Origin: Nannocystales bacterium | GTDB taxonomy: Bacteria > Myxococcota_A > Polyangia > Nannocystales > Nannocystaceae | Reading direction: 5' to 3' | Length of the DNA stretch: 64,000 nucleotides | Assembly: GCA_050633305.1 (NCBI GenBank) | Contig: JBOEGF010000018.1 | Location: 160,001 to 224,000, forward strand | Shown here: piece by piece, positions 9,298 to 21,237 of the stretch | How the letters are laid out: the number at the start of each line of letters is the position of its first letter | How positions within the stretch are numbered: position 1 is the stretch's first letter | Translations under genes and position numbers: made by a program | The notes under the pieces: generated by a model | Database searches by the model: none | Told to the model about the DNA's origin: nothing | Seen by the model: only the letters and a program-made list of their open reading frames with translations

Positions 9298-10977
9298 GTG
9301 AGCCCCAGATCCATCGCAAGCATCGCGCTTCTTAGCCTTTCCATAGGCTGCTACCAGGGCGTGGACGTGACGCCGGGCGCCGAGGAGCCCGACACCACCA
9401 GTGAGGATTCGGGGGGAGACTCCTCGGGCGGGAGCGGGGGGGCAGACACCGCAGCCGAGCCCGAGGATGCGTCCTTGGTCCCGTTTGCGGGGCTGCGCCG
9501 TCTGACCGCCGCCGAGCACGATGCGACGTTGCGAGACCTGATCGGTGATGAGCTGGGAGACAGCGTCCTGTTCCTCCCCGAGGACCCTCGCACGCCCTTT
9601 GACAACGACTACACCACGCAGACACCGGCGCAGTCGCTCATCTCCGGGGCCGACTTGCTGGCCTCGGACGCGGCAGCGCGGTTGGTCGCCGATGCGTCGA
9701 GGCTGCAGGGGGTTTTGGGCTGCGAGCCCAGCGGACCCGATGATGCCGCGTGTTTCGAGTCCTTCGTTCGGTCGTTCGGACGCCGGGCATTCCGTCGACC
9801 ATTGAGCGAGGACGAAGTCCAGCAATACATGGAGATGGCCGCGTTCGCGGTCGAGCGGGATGACTTTGGCGAAGGTGTCGAAGCTGCACTGCGCGCCATG
9901 CTGTCGGCGCCCTCCTTCCTCTACCGGGTGGAGATCGGTGAGCCCGTGGCGGGGGCCGATGGCGTGTTCGCGCTGGGCAACTACGAGGTGGCGACCCGGT
10001 TGTCCTACTTCCTGTGGGGGACGACGCCGAGCGACGAACTGCTCGACGAAGCCGAGGCTGGTCGTCTGGCGTCTCCCGATGGAGTCGCAGCCGCGGTCGG
10101 TTGGATGATGGAGGACGAGCGCGCGCTGGATCGCGTGACTCGATTCCACGCGCTGTGGCTGGGGTACGAGCGGTTGCCTGGCGACTATGAACTCGTCCAG
10201 GCCATGGAAGCGGAGAACCGCGCGTTGATGGAACGCGTGATCTTCGATGAGCAGCGCCCGTGGCAGGACGTGCTTCGCCTGGAAGAAACCTATGCGTCCG
10301 ACGCCCTGGCGGAGCACTACGGGATTCCTCTTCCGGGGAGTGAGACCCCGCAGTGGACCTCGTACGGAGACACGGGCCGCAAGGGCTTGTTGTCGGGCGG
10401 GAGCTTCTTGTCGATCGGCCAGAAGTTCGGCGACACCAGCCCTACGCAACGCGGGCTGCTCGTTCGGACCCGGTTGTTCTGTATGGATGTGCCTCCACCG
10501 GCACCGGACCTCAACGTCGATGTCGATGAGCCCCCTGGAGATCCGGAGAACGACTGCAAGTGGGAACGCTACGCTGCGCACCGCGAGGAAGGCAGCTCTT
10601 GCGAGTCCTGCCACGCGCTGTTCGACCCGATCGGTTTCGGCTTGGAAGCCTACGGTCCGCTGGGCGAGCTGCGAACCCACGAGCCCGGAAAGCCCGAGTG
10701 CGAGCTGCACACCGAGGGCAACGTGGCCGAAGCGGGTGACTTCAGCGGACCGGGCGAACTCGCCGACCGATTGCTCGAGTCTGGGGCGGTCAACCGTTGC
10801 GTCTCGACCCAGCTGTACCGGTTCGCGATGGGTCGCTACGAACTCGACGACGTGGACCTGGAGCTGGTCGAGCTGTTGACGGAGAGGATCGGCGACGAGG
10901 ACTTCCGCTTCGACACGTTGCTCGAGGAACTCGTGGCCTCGGACGCCTTCCTGTACCGCCGCACCAAGGAGATCTGA
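9298..10977 (+). CDS. DUF1587/1595/1592/1588/1585 lipoprotein with CxxCH motif
   Basis: SD GGAGAGGAG, lipobox SIGC, LRRLTAAEHDATLRDL, FGRRAFRRPL, EVATRLSYFLW, TSPTQRG, CESCHALFDPIGFGLE. Confidence 0.9.
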   Translation: MSPRSIASIALLSLSIGCYQGVDVTPGAEEPDTTSEDSGGDSSGGSGGADTAAEPEDASLVPFAGLRRLTAAEHDATLRDLIGDELGDSVLFLPEDPRTPFDNDYTTQTPAQSLISGADLLASDAAARLVADASRLQGVLGCEPSGPDDAACFESFVRSFGRRAFRRPLSEDEVQQYMEMAAFAVERDDFGEGVEAALRAMLSAPSFLYRVEIGEPVAGADGVFALGNYEVATRLSYFLWGTTPSDELLDEAEAGRLASPDGVAAAVGWMMEDERALDRVTRFHALWLGYERLPGDYELVQAMEAENRALMERVIFDEQRPWQDVLRLEETYASDALAEHYGIPLPGSETPQWTSYGDTGRKGLLSGGSFLSIGQKFGDTSPTQRGLLVRTRLFCMDVPPPAPDLNVDVDEPPGDPENDCKWERYAAHREEGSSCESCHALFDPIGFGLEAYGPLGELRTHEPGKPECELHTEGNVAEAGDFSGPGELADRLLESGAVNRCVSTQLYRFAMGRYELDDVDLELVELLTERIGDEDFRFDTLLEELVASDAFLYRRTKEI

Positions 10978-10979
10978 TC

Positions 10980-12482
10980 GTGGCCAACCGACTGAACCGA
11001 CGAACCTTTCTGCGTGGCGCTGGCGGCATCGCGGTCGCGCTTCCTGCTCTCGAGATCATGATGCCAGCGCGCCCAGCACGGGCCGGGGGCTCGGCGCCGA
11101 CGCGGTACATGATCGGATTCTGCGGCGCTTCGACTGGGCGCCGCGATGGGAACTACACATCGGACGACCAGCCCACCGCGGACCTTGTGGTTCCGGATGC
11201 GCTCGGTGCCAACTACGACGTCAAGCGAGCTGTGACGCCGCTGGCGGACTTCGGCGTTGCCGAGGACGTATCGATCGTCTCGGGCCTGCACGTCCCGTGG
11301 GACGAGGGCAGCGGGGTTCCGATGGCGGGACGCCGCGTGCAGTTTCACGAGAGCGCCCTGTCCCCCATCCTCAGCGGAATGCGCGGAGGCGCTGATACGG
11401 GCGACAACGACTGCAAGGGCCCCACATCCGATCAGATCGTCGGAGACGCGATCGGTCAGGAGTCTGCGCACCGCGTGCTGCCCGTCTGCGTGCAGGCCGC
11501 GTCGTACCGGGGAAGCAACGGCAGCTCGGGGGGAGCCAACGGCACGCTTTCGTATCGGGAAGATGGCGGCATCCAACGGGTCTCGCCGATCAGCAGTCCA
11601 CGACAGCTGTTCGAGTCGCTGTTTAGTGGCTTCGTACCCCCGGGTGCAGATCCGGCCCAGTTGGCAGAACTCGAATACCAGTCGCGCCGGACGAACAAGG
11701 TCGTCGATCTGGTGAAGGGCGACGCGGACCGGTTGATCGCTCGGCTCGGTGGTGAGGACCGCCGCCGGATGGAGCGTCATCTGACGGCGATCTCCGAGTT
11801 CGAGGATGCGCTTGGGCAAGCGGGCGGTGGCGGCAGCGAGTGCGTGCTCCCGATGGATCCTGGGGATGATCCCCCGATCGGCAACTCGACCACGACGTCG
11901 AACCCCGATGACTACGACACCACCGCTGCGTGGAGTGACGAGGAAACGCGGGCGCTTCGACTCACCGACCTCATCCACATGGCGCTCACCTGTGAGCTCA
12001 CTCGTTCGGTGGCGCTGCAGTACACCTACGCCCACTGTTGGCTGAACATGTTCCCGGTCACGGGCCATACCAACGACTTGCACGAACTCGGGCACAGCGG
12101 CTCGGGGTCCGACGCGAGTCCGCTGGAGGCGCTCAGCGACGGCATCGCTTGGAACGTCAAACACTGGGCCCGCCTGGTCGACCTGCTCAAGAACACGCCC
12201 GACATCGATGGTCGCTCCGTCCTCGACAACACCGCGATCACCTTGATGTTCGAAGGTGGACACGGTTGGGATCCCGAGGCCGCGGCGTACAGTGTGCACT
12301 CCACCGAGAACATGTCGGCGCTCATCGCTGGGGGAGCCGGTGGCCTCAACGCGAGTGGAGGGCGGCACATCGTCGCTCCGGGAGAGCATCCGGCACGGGT
12401 TCTCACCTCCGCTATGTCTGCGGTCGGTGCGGGGGATACGTTGGGCGAGGTGACAGGCGTGATTCCCGAGCTGTTCGCGTAG
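10980..12482 (+). CDS. DUF1552 (HXXSHH) family Tat-exported protein
   Basis: LNRRTFLRGAGGIAVALPALE, TSDQIVG, SPRQLFESLF, RLGGEDRRRMERHL, CELTRSV, HELGH, SVLDNT, H STEN. Confidence 0.9.
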   Translation: MANRLNRRTFLRGAGGIAVALPALEIMMPARPARAGGSAPTRYMIGFCGASTGRRDGNYTSDDQPTADLVVPDALGANYDVKRAVTPLADFGVAEDVSIVSGLHVPWDEGSGVPMAGRRVQFHESALSPILSGMRGGADTGDNDCKGPTSDQIVGDAIGQESAHRVLPVCVQAASYRGSNGSSGGANGTLSYREDGGIQRVSPISSPRQLFESLFSGFVPPGADPAQLAELEYQSRRTNKVVDLVKGDADRLIARLGGEDRRRMERHLTAISEFEDALGQAGGGGSECVLPMDPGDDPPIGNSTTTSNPDDYDTTAAWSDEETRALRLTDLIHMALTCELTRSVALQYTYAHCWLNMFPVTGHTNDLHELGHSGSGSDASPLEALSDGIAWNVKHWARLVDLLKNTPDIDGRSVLDNTAITLMFEGGHGWDPEAAAYSVHSTENMSALIAGGAGGLNASGGRHIVAPGEHPARVLTSAMSAVGAGDTLGEVTGVIPELFA

Positions 12483-12524
12483 AGGCTGTGCGGCTCGGTC
12501 GGATTGGGAATACCCTTCCCACCG

Positions 12525-13427
12525 ATGGCAGCGGAGGGGCGCAGTTGGAGCTGGATCACGATCTTTGCAGCCGTGGCATCCGGCTGCGGCCCGAGCGTGC
12601 AGTCGGCTGGCCCAGATCGCGACACCGAGATGTCCGCCAGCCCGTCGGGCGCCGACTCGAGTTCCACAACGGACGCAGCCGCCTCCTCCTCCGGCGAAGG
12701 TGTCTCGGGAACCACGAGTCCGGGGACAACGGCCGGCGCTTCGAGTACCGGGCAGGCGCCGATGAATTGCGAAGAGGGCGTCTGGAGCGGGTCGCTGCAT
12801 TGGAGCACCGGGTTCAACGGCTTCTCGGTCCAGCTCACCGCCTGTGACGGCGGTCGACTCTTCATTGTCGAGGGGCTGGAAATCCCGTCGCAACGGGTCT
12901 GCGGCGAGGGGGGACTGGTCGAGGTTGGGGGCCGGCTGTGCCCGGCTGAGTCCGGGGAGCCCGTCCTCCATGCGGAGTCGATCGTTGGCCCATGCGACGG
13001 CGAGTGTGGCTCGCTCGGCGAATGCTCCGTGTTCGCCGGGGAGTGCGTCGAAGACTACGTCGAGTGCAGCTTCACGGAGCTGGACTGCCCGCTGACGACC
13101 AAGTGTGCACCTTGGGTTGTCGACGGCGGCCCGGTGTTCATCGGCGCGACGTGTCGAGAGCTCGAACAGCAGGACCCCGACAGCCTGGGCGAACCGTGCG
13201 TTGCGGAGAGCGACGGCCAGGTTGGAGTCGACACCTGTGACGTTGGCCTGCTCTGTTGGGGCTCCGACCCGGAGCTGCTCCCGTGGGAATGCGTCGAGCA
13301 TTGCGACCCCGGGGGAGGCACCCCCTGTCAGAACGGGGAGCCATGCTCGCTGTGCCCGACGCTACCTTCGCTCGGTCTCTGCCTGCCCCCGGGCACTGCG
13401 ACCCCGATCGCCCGCTGCGGTGGTTGA
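12525..13427 (+). CDS. Cys-rich lipoprotein
   Basis: Lipobox ASGC, Ser/Thr stalk, C-terminal Cys-rich module ECSFTELDCP..KCAPW..DGG...GEPC...DTCDVGLLCW...CVEHC. Confidence 0.75.
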   Translation: MAAEGRSWSWITIFAAVASGCGPSVQSAGPDRDTEMSASPSGADSSSTTDAAASSSGEGVSGTTSPGTTAGASSTGQAPMNCEEGVWSGSLHWSTGFNGFSVQLTACDGGRLFIVEGLEIPSQRVCGEGGLVEVGGRLCPAESGEPVLHAESIVGPCDGECGSLGECSVFAGECVEDYVECSFTELDCPLTTKCAPWVVDGGPVFIGATCRELEQQDPDSLGEPCVAESDGQVGVDTCDVGLLCWGSDPELLPWECVEHCDPGGGTPCQNGEPCSLCPTLPSLGLCLPPGTATPIARCGG

Positions 13428-13439
13428 GAGCTGGTCGTC

Positions 13440-14303
13440 TCAGCACTTGGACGTGATCCGATAGCCCAACTCCAAGAACGGCAGCCCAAAGACCCGGAAT
13501 CGGTGGCGCGCTAGGACTGCGCGGTCGCGGACCTCCAGACTGAGTTGCTCCTTCATGGTGCGCAGGTAGCGAGCCCAGACCTCGCCGGGACCCGCAAGCA
13601 CGGTGAAGTAGAAACCGGTGTCGCCGAATCGTCGGCCATCGCTGACGAGCGACAGGCCTCCTTCGGGGTCGACGCGTGGTCGCAACACGATGACTGCGTT
13701 GCCATTGGGTAGCGGGAAAACAACTTTAATGCAGGGCCCTTCGTGGCCGGGGATCGTGACCGTGCCGTACTGGCCGACGAAGACGGGAAGGCCTGTCTCG
13801 ACGGAGGTCCGGACCCATGCCGTGTGCCCGACCGTTCCGTCCTCCGCGGCGAGTTTGACGATGCGACTCTCGACGCCACCGCGTAAGGAGCGGTCGGACA
13901 GCGGCATGTTGAGCTGCGCCAGGCGGCGTGCAAAGAGTCGTGCGACGAGCCAGCCTCCAAGGACGAATGGACCGGACCAGCGGCTGTGGACCTCCAGATC
14001 AAAGCTCGCCGTGTGAGCGTAGAAGTTGCCGATGTCCTCACAGACCGCAGCCGGGTCGAAGTGAGGCCCTCGAAGTGCATCGAGGCCGGTGATGAGCCCG
14101 TCCTCCGGGCCTGGTGGGAGCAGCGTGAGCCCCTGTGACTGGCCCCAACGTTCAAAGAAGTCCGCCCCAATCCCATGGACCGACCCCGTAGGGCCACGAA
14201 GCCAGGGACTGTCGGTCAATGCGACGCGGCGGCCTGTCGCTTGGACCCACCGCTGCGTGAACCAGTCGAACGCATGCCCGCGCCGCTCCCCGATCCAGAC
14301 CAC
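13440..14303 (-). CDS. Conserved hypothetical protein (resembles the soluble C-terminal part of YndJ-like proteins)
   Basis: FDP...NFYAHTA.F.LEV...W...RRLAQLNMPL...AWVR...VFPLPNGN...LRP...GDTGFYF pattern; family recalled, not searched. Confidence 0.6.
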   Translation of the reverse strand: MVWIGERRGHAFDWFTQRWVQATGRRVALTDSPWLRGPTGSVHGIGADFFERWGQSQGLTLLPPGPEDGLITGLDALRGPHFDPAAVCEDIGNFYAHTASFDLEVHSRWSGPFVLGGWLVARLFARRLAQLNMPLSDRSLRGGVESRIVKLAAEDGTVGHTAWVRTSVETGLPVFVGQYGTVTIPGHEGPCIKVVFPLPNGNAVIVLRPRVDPEGGLSLVSDGRRFGDTGFYFTVLAGPGEVWARYLRTMKEQLSLEVRDRAVLARHRFRVFGLPFLELGYRITSKC

Positions 14304-14403
14304 GGGCCCACAATAGGTCCCGAATGCTCGTGTGGCGAACGGCCGAGGCGGACCGCATCGGTTTGACTTGTGTCATCGTGGTCCTCAGGCTGCGAGAAGG
14401 GCT

Positions 14404-15138
14404 GTGACGATCTACTCCTTCCACTTGGCGACCCCGGGTTTCTTCGCAACGACGCGTGCGTTGCTGCGGCCGCCGACGCCGGGGACGGTCGCGGGGTTGC
14501 AGCACGCGGAGTGCATGGTCCCGATGCAACTCGGCGCCTCGATTTTCTCCCCCGGTCGTTGGCAGGTCCGGCGCCTCGCGGTGTTCGCCGCGTGGCGAGA
14601 TGAGACGGCCCTCGAGGAGTTTCTGGCGAAGACGTCGCTGGGAAGAACCCTCGCGCAGGGGTGGCATGTGCGACTCCGGTTCCTGCGTCGTTGGGGACTC
14701 ATCCGTGAACTCGACGGCTTGCCTGCGATCGCGGCCGAGACCGACCTCGATGCGCCCGTGGTCGCCGTCACGCTCGCGCGGCTCAAATTGCCTCAGGCGC
14801 CGAGGTTCATCCGTTGGGGCAAACCGGTCGAGCGTTTGGTTCGCGACCATCCAGGCTCGACGCTCGCCTTGGCCGCGGCACGTCCGATGCGGACGCTCTG
14901 TACGTTCAGCGTGTGGAACTCGGCGCGAGAGATGAAGGACATGGTCCACGGTCGCGGCTCGATCCCGAACGCGGACCGTCACGCGGTCGCGATGGCGGAG
15001 CGGGGGCGCAAGGCCTTCCACACCGAGTTCACGACGCTACGTTTTTCGAGCATCGGGGAGTACGGCGTCTGGCAGGGGCGGCGTCGCTTTGTGCCAACCG
15101 CAGCACAAGCTGGGTTGCCGCGCTCGGGGCAAGGGTAG
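14404..15138 (+). CDS. Spheroidene monooxygenase (CrtA)/DUF3291-like dimeric alpha-beta barrel protein
   Basis: AVFAAWRDETALEEF, PVVAVTLARLK...RFIRWG, TFSVWNS...HAVAM...FHTEFTTLRF. Confidence 0.65.
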   Translation: MTIYSFHLATPGFFATTRALLRPPTPGTVAGLQHAECMVPMQLGASIFSPGRWQVRRLAVFAAWRDETALEEFLAKTSLGRTLAQGWHVRLRFLRRWGLIRELDGLPAIAAETDLDAPVVAVTLARLKLPQAPRFIRWGKPVERLVRDHPGSTLALAAARPMRTLCTFSVWNSAREMKDMVHGRGSIPNADRHAVAMAERGRKAFHTEFTTLRFSSIGEYGVWQGRRRFVPTAAQAGLPRSGQG

Positions 15139-15147
15139 GATCGGCCC

Positions 15148-15544
15148 ATGCTCCTACAACGTCTCGTGTTGGTCATCGTGGCCTGCGGTCTTGGCTGCGG
15201 ACCCGATGGTGGCGTCGACGAGGAGGAAGAGGGATGCCCCGCGCAGCCTCGGATCTGCGAGTCGTTCACGTTCGTTCGAGAGGACGACGGCGTGAGCCTC
15301 CGTTCGGTGCTCGACCAGGACCTCCCGGCGCCTGTGTCCGATGTGCACTGCGTTCTCGAGGCACTTCGGGATGGAACGGGCTCCACGCTCTCGTTCTCCG
15401 ACGGGTTCCGGACGAGGGTTGACGAGAATGAACTCCGAGGACGCGGAGGTGCTTCGGGATTGCCTGTGGGAGTTCGAAGACCAGGAGGTCGACGAGTCGG
15501 GATGTCGGGCGGCCGTCGGGGGGGCTGTGTGGGGGGGCACGTGA
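15148..15544 (+). pseudogene. Lipoprotein gene with apparent frameshift/internal deletion near 15420
   Basis: Lipobox GLGC and CVLEALRDG in frame 1. Coding-like sequence continues in the +1 frame (NSEDAEVLRDCLWEFEDQEVDESGC) to a stop at 15544, while frame 1 degenerates and overlaps the convergent gene. Confidence 0.5.
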
Positions 15545-15557
15545 TGCCCCCCGCGCC

Positions 15558-16271
15558 CTACGGGACCGCAGGCCGGTCTGCTGGGCGATTCTTGTCTCGG
15601 ACGGTATCAAGCACCGCGTCGACATCCGACTGTTCGACGTTTTGCCGATGGTCTGTGATCCGGAGTCGCAGTCGGTCGCCCTGCGTCTGGGCGATCAAGA
15701 TCTGATTCACCGTGCCGACGACGGGGTCGAGGTGCACGGTGACCGATCGGAACGTCTTGCGGACGACGGAGCCACGCGCGGGCAGGAGCTCCAGCCGGAA
15801 GCTCCGACGCGGAACGTCGACGCGCATGCCCTCGATGAGCGAGCGCTCTCCGCCTTCTTCGACCGGCGGGGGCGCAAAGAGCCGGAGCAGAATGGTGGAG
15901 AGCCACTGTTGGGCTTCGCGAAGACCAGGTTCGACTGCGGGCGGAGAGGCGAGCGTCGGTTGGTTGGAGAGGATGGTCACCGACTCGCCCTCAACCAGCG
16001 TCGACGAGCCCACGAGGCCGTCGTCGCGCATGAGAAGCGTGGTCGGGGCATCGAAGACGAGTGACCCCTGGGTGACCAAGGGTTCGTCGAGCAGGGAGGT
16101 CTCGCGGGTGGTCACGAGCCGTGCCATGACGTTCTTGGTGCGGCGGGCGTAGTTGGCCCACAGCTCGAGACGGTTCTGCAGCAGCCGTTGGTCGGCGGCG
16201 AGCACGAGGTTGGGACCAAGCAGACCCGCGGCAACACCACCGCAGAGCAGAGTTCTTCGACGCAGTGTCAC
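15558..16271 (-). CDS. LolA-like outer-membrane lipoprotein/lipid carrier with twin-Arg-like signal
   Basis: LRRRTLLCGG signal; TSLLDEPLVTQGSLVFDAPTTLLMR; FRLELLP...FRSVTVHLD...ILIAQTQGDRLRLRI. GTGA overlap with MMPL. Confidence 0.75.
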   Translation of the reverse strand: MTLRRRTLLCGGVAAGLLGPNLVLAADQRLLQNRLELWANYARRTKNVMARLVTTRETSLLDEPLVTQGSLVFDAPTTLLMRDDGLVGSSTLVEGESVTILSNQPTLASPPAVEPGLREAQQWLSTILLRLFAPPPVEEGGERSLIEGMRVDVPRRSFRLELLPARGSVVRKTFRSVTVHLDPVVGTVNQILIAQTQGDRLRLRITDHRQNVEQSDVDAVLDTVRDKNRPADRPAVP

Positions 16272-18556
16272 GCTGAGTCCTCCGGTTCGGAGCTGGGGGT
16301 GGTGGGGCGCTCGAGCAGGGCAGAGAGTCCGGGCCCGACGAACAGTCCGATGCCTGAGGCCAGCAGCGAGCCTGTCGCGGCGGTGATCCCGAGGTCGGCC
16401 CACAACGCGATGGGGCTGGCCGCGAGCGCGAGACCGGCGGTGGCTTGTGCGACGCCAGCGGCGAGGACCCCGGTCGCGAAGACGGGGGCCCGGGACTCCG
16501 CGCTCCGGCACGAACCCGCGGCTGCGAGCGTTGCCGCTGCGCCGGACACGAGGAAGACGGGCAGGAGGGCCGGCGACAGAGAGATGCCCAACAGACGCAT
16601 CGCGATGAGGATGCCGGCTTGGGTACTGGCGCCCGCGATCGCTGCGGCGATGGCGGCCGAGAACCGTCGGACGGCCAGCCAAACAATGAAGGCGGCGAGC
16701 CACAGCTGGGCAACGGCCGCAACTCCCAGACGCTGGTGAAAGGTGGACGCTTGCATCCGGCCGCCGATCGCTGGACCCTGAACGAGCAGGGTCCGCCCGT
16801 CGGGGGTTTCCAGAGCCGGCGGGAGCACGTCGGGGTCAGGGGCGAGGTGGATACGGGCCTGCAGCGCGACGCCGCCGGGGCGTTCGACCAAGTATCCACG
16901 AATCCACCGTCCCAACGGGCCCTCGAGTGCAGCCGCGGGGGTGGGGACCTGGTCGGGGTCGGCGGCGCTGCGAAGGAACTCGCCGAACGCCGCGGGGCGG
17001 AAACCTCGGGCGCTGAGCAACTCGCGCAACTTGGTGAGGCGTTCGCCGAGCTTGAGCTTGGCAAGCCCAACACGTCGACGTTGGAGCTCTTCGGAGGGCA
17101 GGACGAGCGCGCCGGGGGTGTCGACGACCCGGGCTTCGGTGGGGAGCAGCGTCGAGAGCAGGGACGCGTCGTCGGCGGCACGGGTCAGTGCTTGCTCGGC
17201 GTCCTCGCCCTCGGTGTGGGTGGTGGCGACGAGGCCGGGGTCGAAGTAGGTCTCGCGGACGTGGGCCAGGGCCTTGGATGCAGGTGCGACCTCGAGGCGG
17301 TCGGCGCCGCGGTATCGCAACTCGCCCAGTGCCCACCACCCGCCGACCACGGTGCCGACGCACAGGGCGAGCGCGAAGACCGGGCTGGGCCGAAGCACGA
17401 TCCGGGGGTTCCGGTCGGTCTGCGGAACCCGGAGAACTTCGTGCAGCGCGGGCAGCACAACACGGGTGATGCCCCGCATGGTCACGATGGAGCCCGCCCA
17501 AAGTGGTGCCCAACGAGTCCACAGGTCGAACTCGAGGACGGCCAGCGGGGCGAGGGCACTGGCGAGGATGAGAAGTCCCGCCCAGCCCGCAGACGAGACG
17601 CGGGACAGCGGAAGCGTTGCGCTACTGGCGACGCCCAGCGCCAGGATGAGGAGCGGGGCAGAGAGTGGGGTGAGCGGGACGAACGTGACGCAGGCCAGGG
17701 CCCCGGAGGCGATGCACAGCAGCGCAGCGATCGTGCGTCGGACGTTGCGCATCGCGGCGGCGATGACCAGGGTCATGCTGGCGAGGGCAACCCACAGGGC
17801 GTTGGGGAGCGCCGCGTTTGCGGCATCTTCTGCCGTGCTGCGGCGTGCGGTCGGGCCGACATCGGTGATGCGAACCGCGTCACCAACCGACTGCGATGCG
17901 AGGGCAGCGAGGTCTTGCCCGGAGCGTGTGCTTCGGGTGGCCATCAACAGCGAGCGGCCGTCGTTTGCCAACAGGTCACCGCCCGGGGTTGGGGCGGCTT
18001 GGCTGGCCAATGCCGGGGCGTCCCAGGACGCACGCGCCTCGGCGCCTATGGTGAGCTCGCGCAGGCGCAAAGGGTCTCGGCGAGACTCGGACATCGTCAG
18101 TCCGAAGAACGCGGAGGACATCGACGCCCGGAGCGCGTCGACCGAAGCGCGAATGTTGTCGTCGGTGAGCCGCTGTTCGAGCGCTTCGTGGGTGGACGTC
18201 GGCAACAGGTAGAGCGCGTGTGCGTCGAGCCAACCGTCCCGTTCCGCGGCCGGGGCGACGATCGGGATCCACGCCGAGTCGAGAACCTCGTGCACGCGGT
18301 CGGCGATGGACAGGAGCTCATCGCCGGAGAGATCTCCGCCATGCTGGAGCAGGAGATAGCCGGACTCGCGGGCGGCGCGGTGCTCCTGGGGGAGCAGCTC
18401 GTCCACATCGCCCTGCACCCCGGTGTCCAGCGCCCCCATCCAAACGAACGCTCCGCAGGCGGCCAGCCATCCGATGAGGACGAGCCAGGCGTATCGCCGC
18501 GACAGCCGGCTCAAGGAGGGCGGCGCGGTGGCGGCGGCTTTGGGCTGCTCGTCCAC
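16268..18556 (-). CDS. MMPL/RND-like lipid exporter (ApeM/xanthomonadin-exporter type)
   Basis: N-terminal TM, GDVDELLP, RRDPLRL, two periplasmic loops and two multi-TM blocks. GTG 18556 preferred as start. Confidence 0.7.
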   Translation of the reverse strand: MDEQPKAAATAPPSLSRLSRRYAWLVLIGWLAACGAFVWMGALDTGVQGDVDELLPQEHRAARESGYLLLQHGGDLSGDELLSIADRVHEVLDSAWIPIVAPAAERDGWLDAHALYLLPTSTHEALEQRLTDDNIRASVDALRASMSSAFFGLTMSESRRDPLRLRELTIGAEARASWDAPALASQAAPTPGGDLLANDGRSLLMATRSTRSGQDLAALASQSVGDAVRITDVGPTARRSTAEDAANAALPNALWVALASMTLVIAAAMRNVRRTIAALLCIASGALACVTFVPLTPLSAPLLILALGVASSATLPLSRVSSAGWAGLLILASALAPLAVLEFDLWTRWAPLWAGSIVTMRGITRVVLPALHEVLRVPQTDRNPRIVLRPSPVFALALCVGTVVGGWWALGELRYRGADRLEVAPASKALAHVRETYFDPGLVATTHTEGEDAEQALTRAADDASLLSTLLPTEARVVDTPGALVLPSEELQRRRVGLAKLKLGERLTKLRELLSARGFRPAAFGEFLRSAADPDQVPTPAAALEGPLGRWIRGYLVERPGGVALQARIHLAPDPDVLPPALETPDGRTLLVQGPAIGGRMQASTFHQRLGVAAVAQLWLAAFIVWLAVRRFSAAIAAAIAGASTQAGILIAMRLLGISLSPALLPVFLVSGAAATLAAAGSCRSAESRAPVFATGVLAAGVAQATAGLALAASPIALWADLGITAATGSLLASGIGLFVGPGLSALLERPTTPSSEPEDSA

Positions 18557-18633
18557 GGTCGGCGGGAGCGTAGCAAGACCCGGCTCTGCCGTGGTGATCC
18601 TCGCGCCCGAACGTGCCGTGGTATGAGGCCACA

Positions 18634-20877
<2,244 letters not shown>

Positions 20878-20983
20878 GCTGGCCGGGCCCCTCGCCTCGC
20901 TGCACGGACCGTCGGTGGGCTCGTGCTCGCCGGTGACGGGAAACGTTTCGCGTCGCGCCTGCGGAACCCGGCATGCTGAAGCC

Positions 20984-21169
20984 GTGAACAATCGCCCCAT
21001 CCGTTGCAGCCCCTTGGTCGCCTGGGCAACGGTGGCAGAACGCCAGCGACGATCGAGAGAACGCCAGAGCCGATGGATATCGCGGCTCGGCATTGCTTGC
21101 CTCGCTTGCGGAACTCTTCTCGGCCTTGGTTGGCTACTTTTGGAATGCGGGAGGGTGGCTCACGCATAA
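20984..21169 (+). CDS. Possible small single-pass membrane protein
   Basis: 61 aa with a basic stretch then LGIACLACGTLLGLGWLLL. Lies wholly in an intergenic gap, but coding status is unproven. Confidence 0.3.
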   Translation: MNNRPIRCSPLVAWATVAERQRRSRERQSRWISRLGIACLACGTLLGLGWLLLECGRVAHA

Positions 21170-21237
21170 ACCTGGCGCCGATTTGAAACTGTACTTAACG
21201 CTAAAGATGACATAGCTTGCATAGCTGCCGGTTTGTC

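Noticed and set aside
10836..13301. 821-aa minus-strand ORF, and similar long ORFs at 16445-18643(+), 32149-34557(+), 60041-61909(+) and 3765-5240(+)
   Set aside because: Antisense shadows of well-supported genes, expected in high-GC DNA; no recognisable motifs.
21172..21187. Possible sigma-54 promoter (TGGCGC...TTGA)
   Set aside because: Spacing is one base short and the -12 GC is missing.
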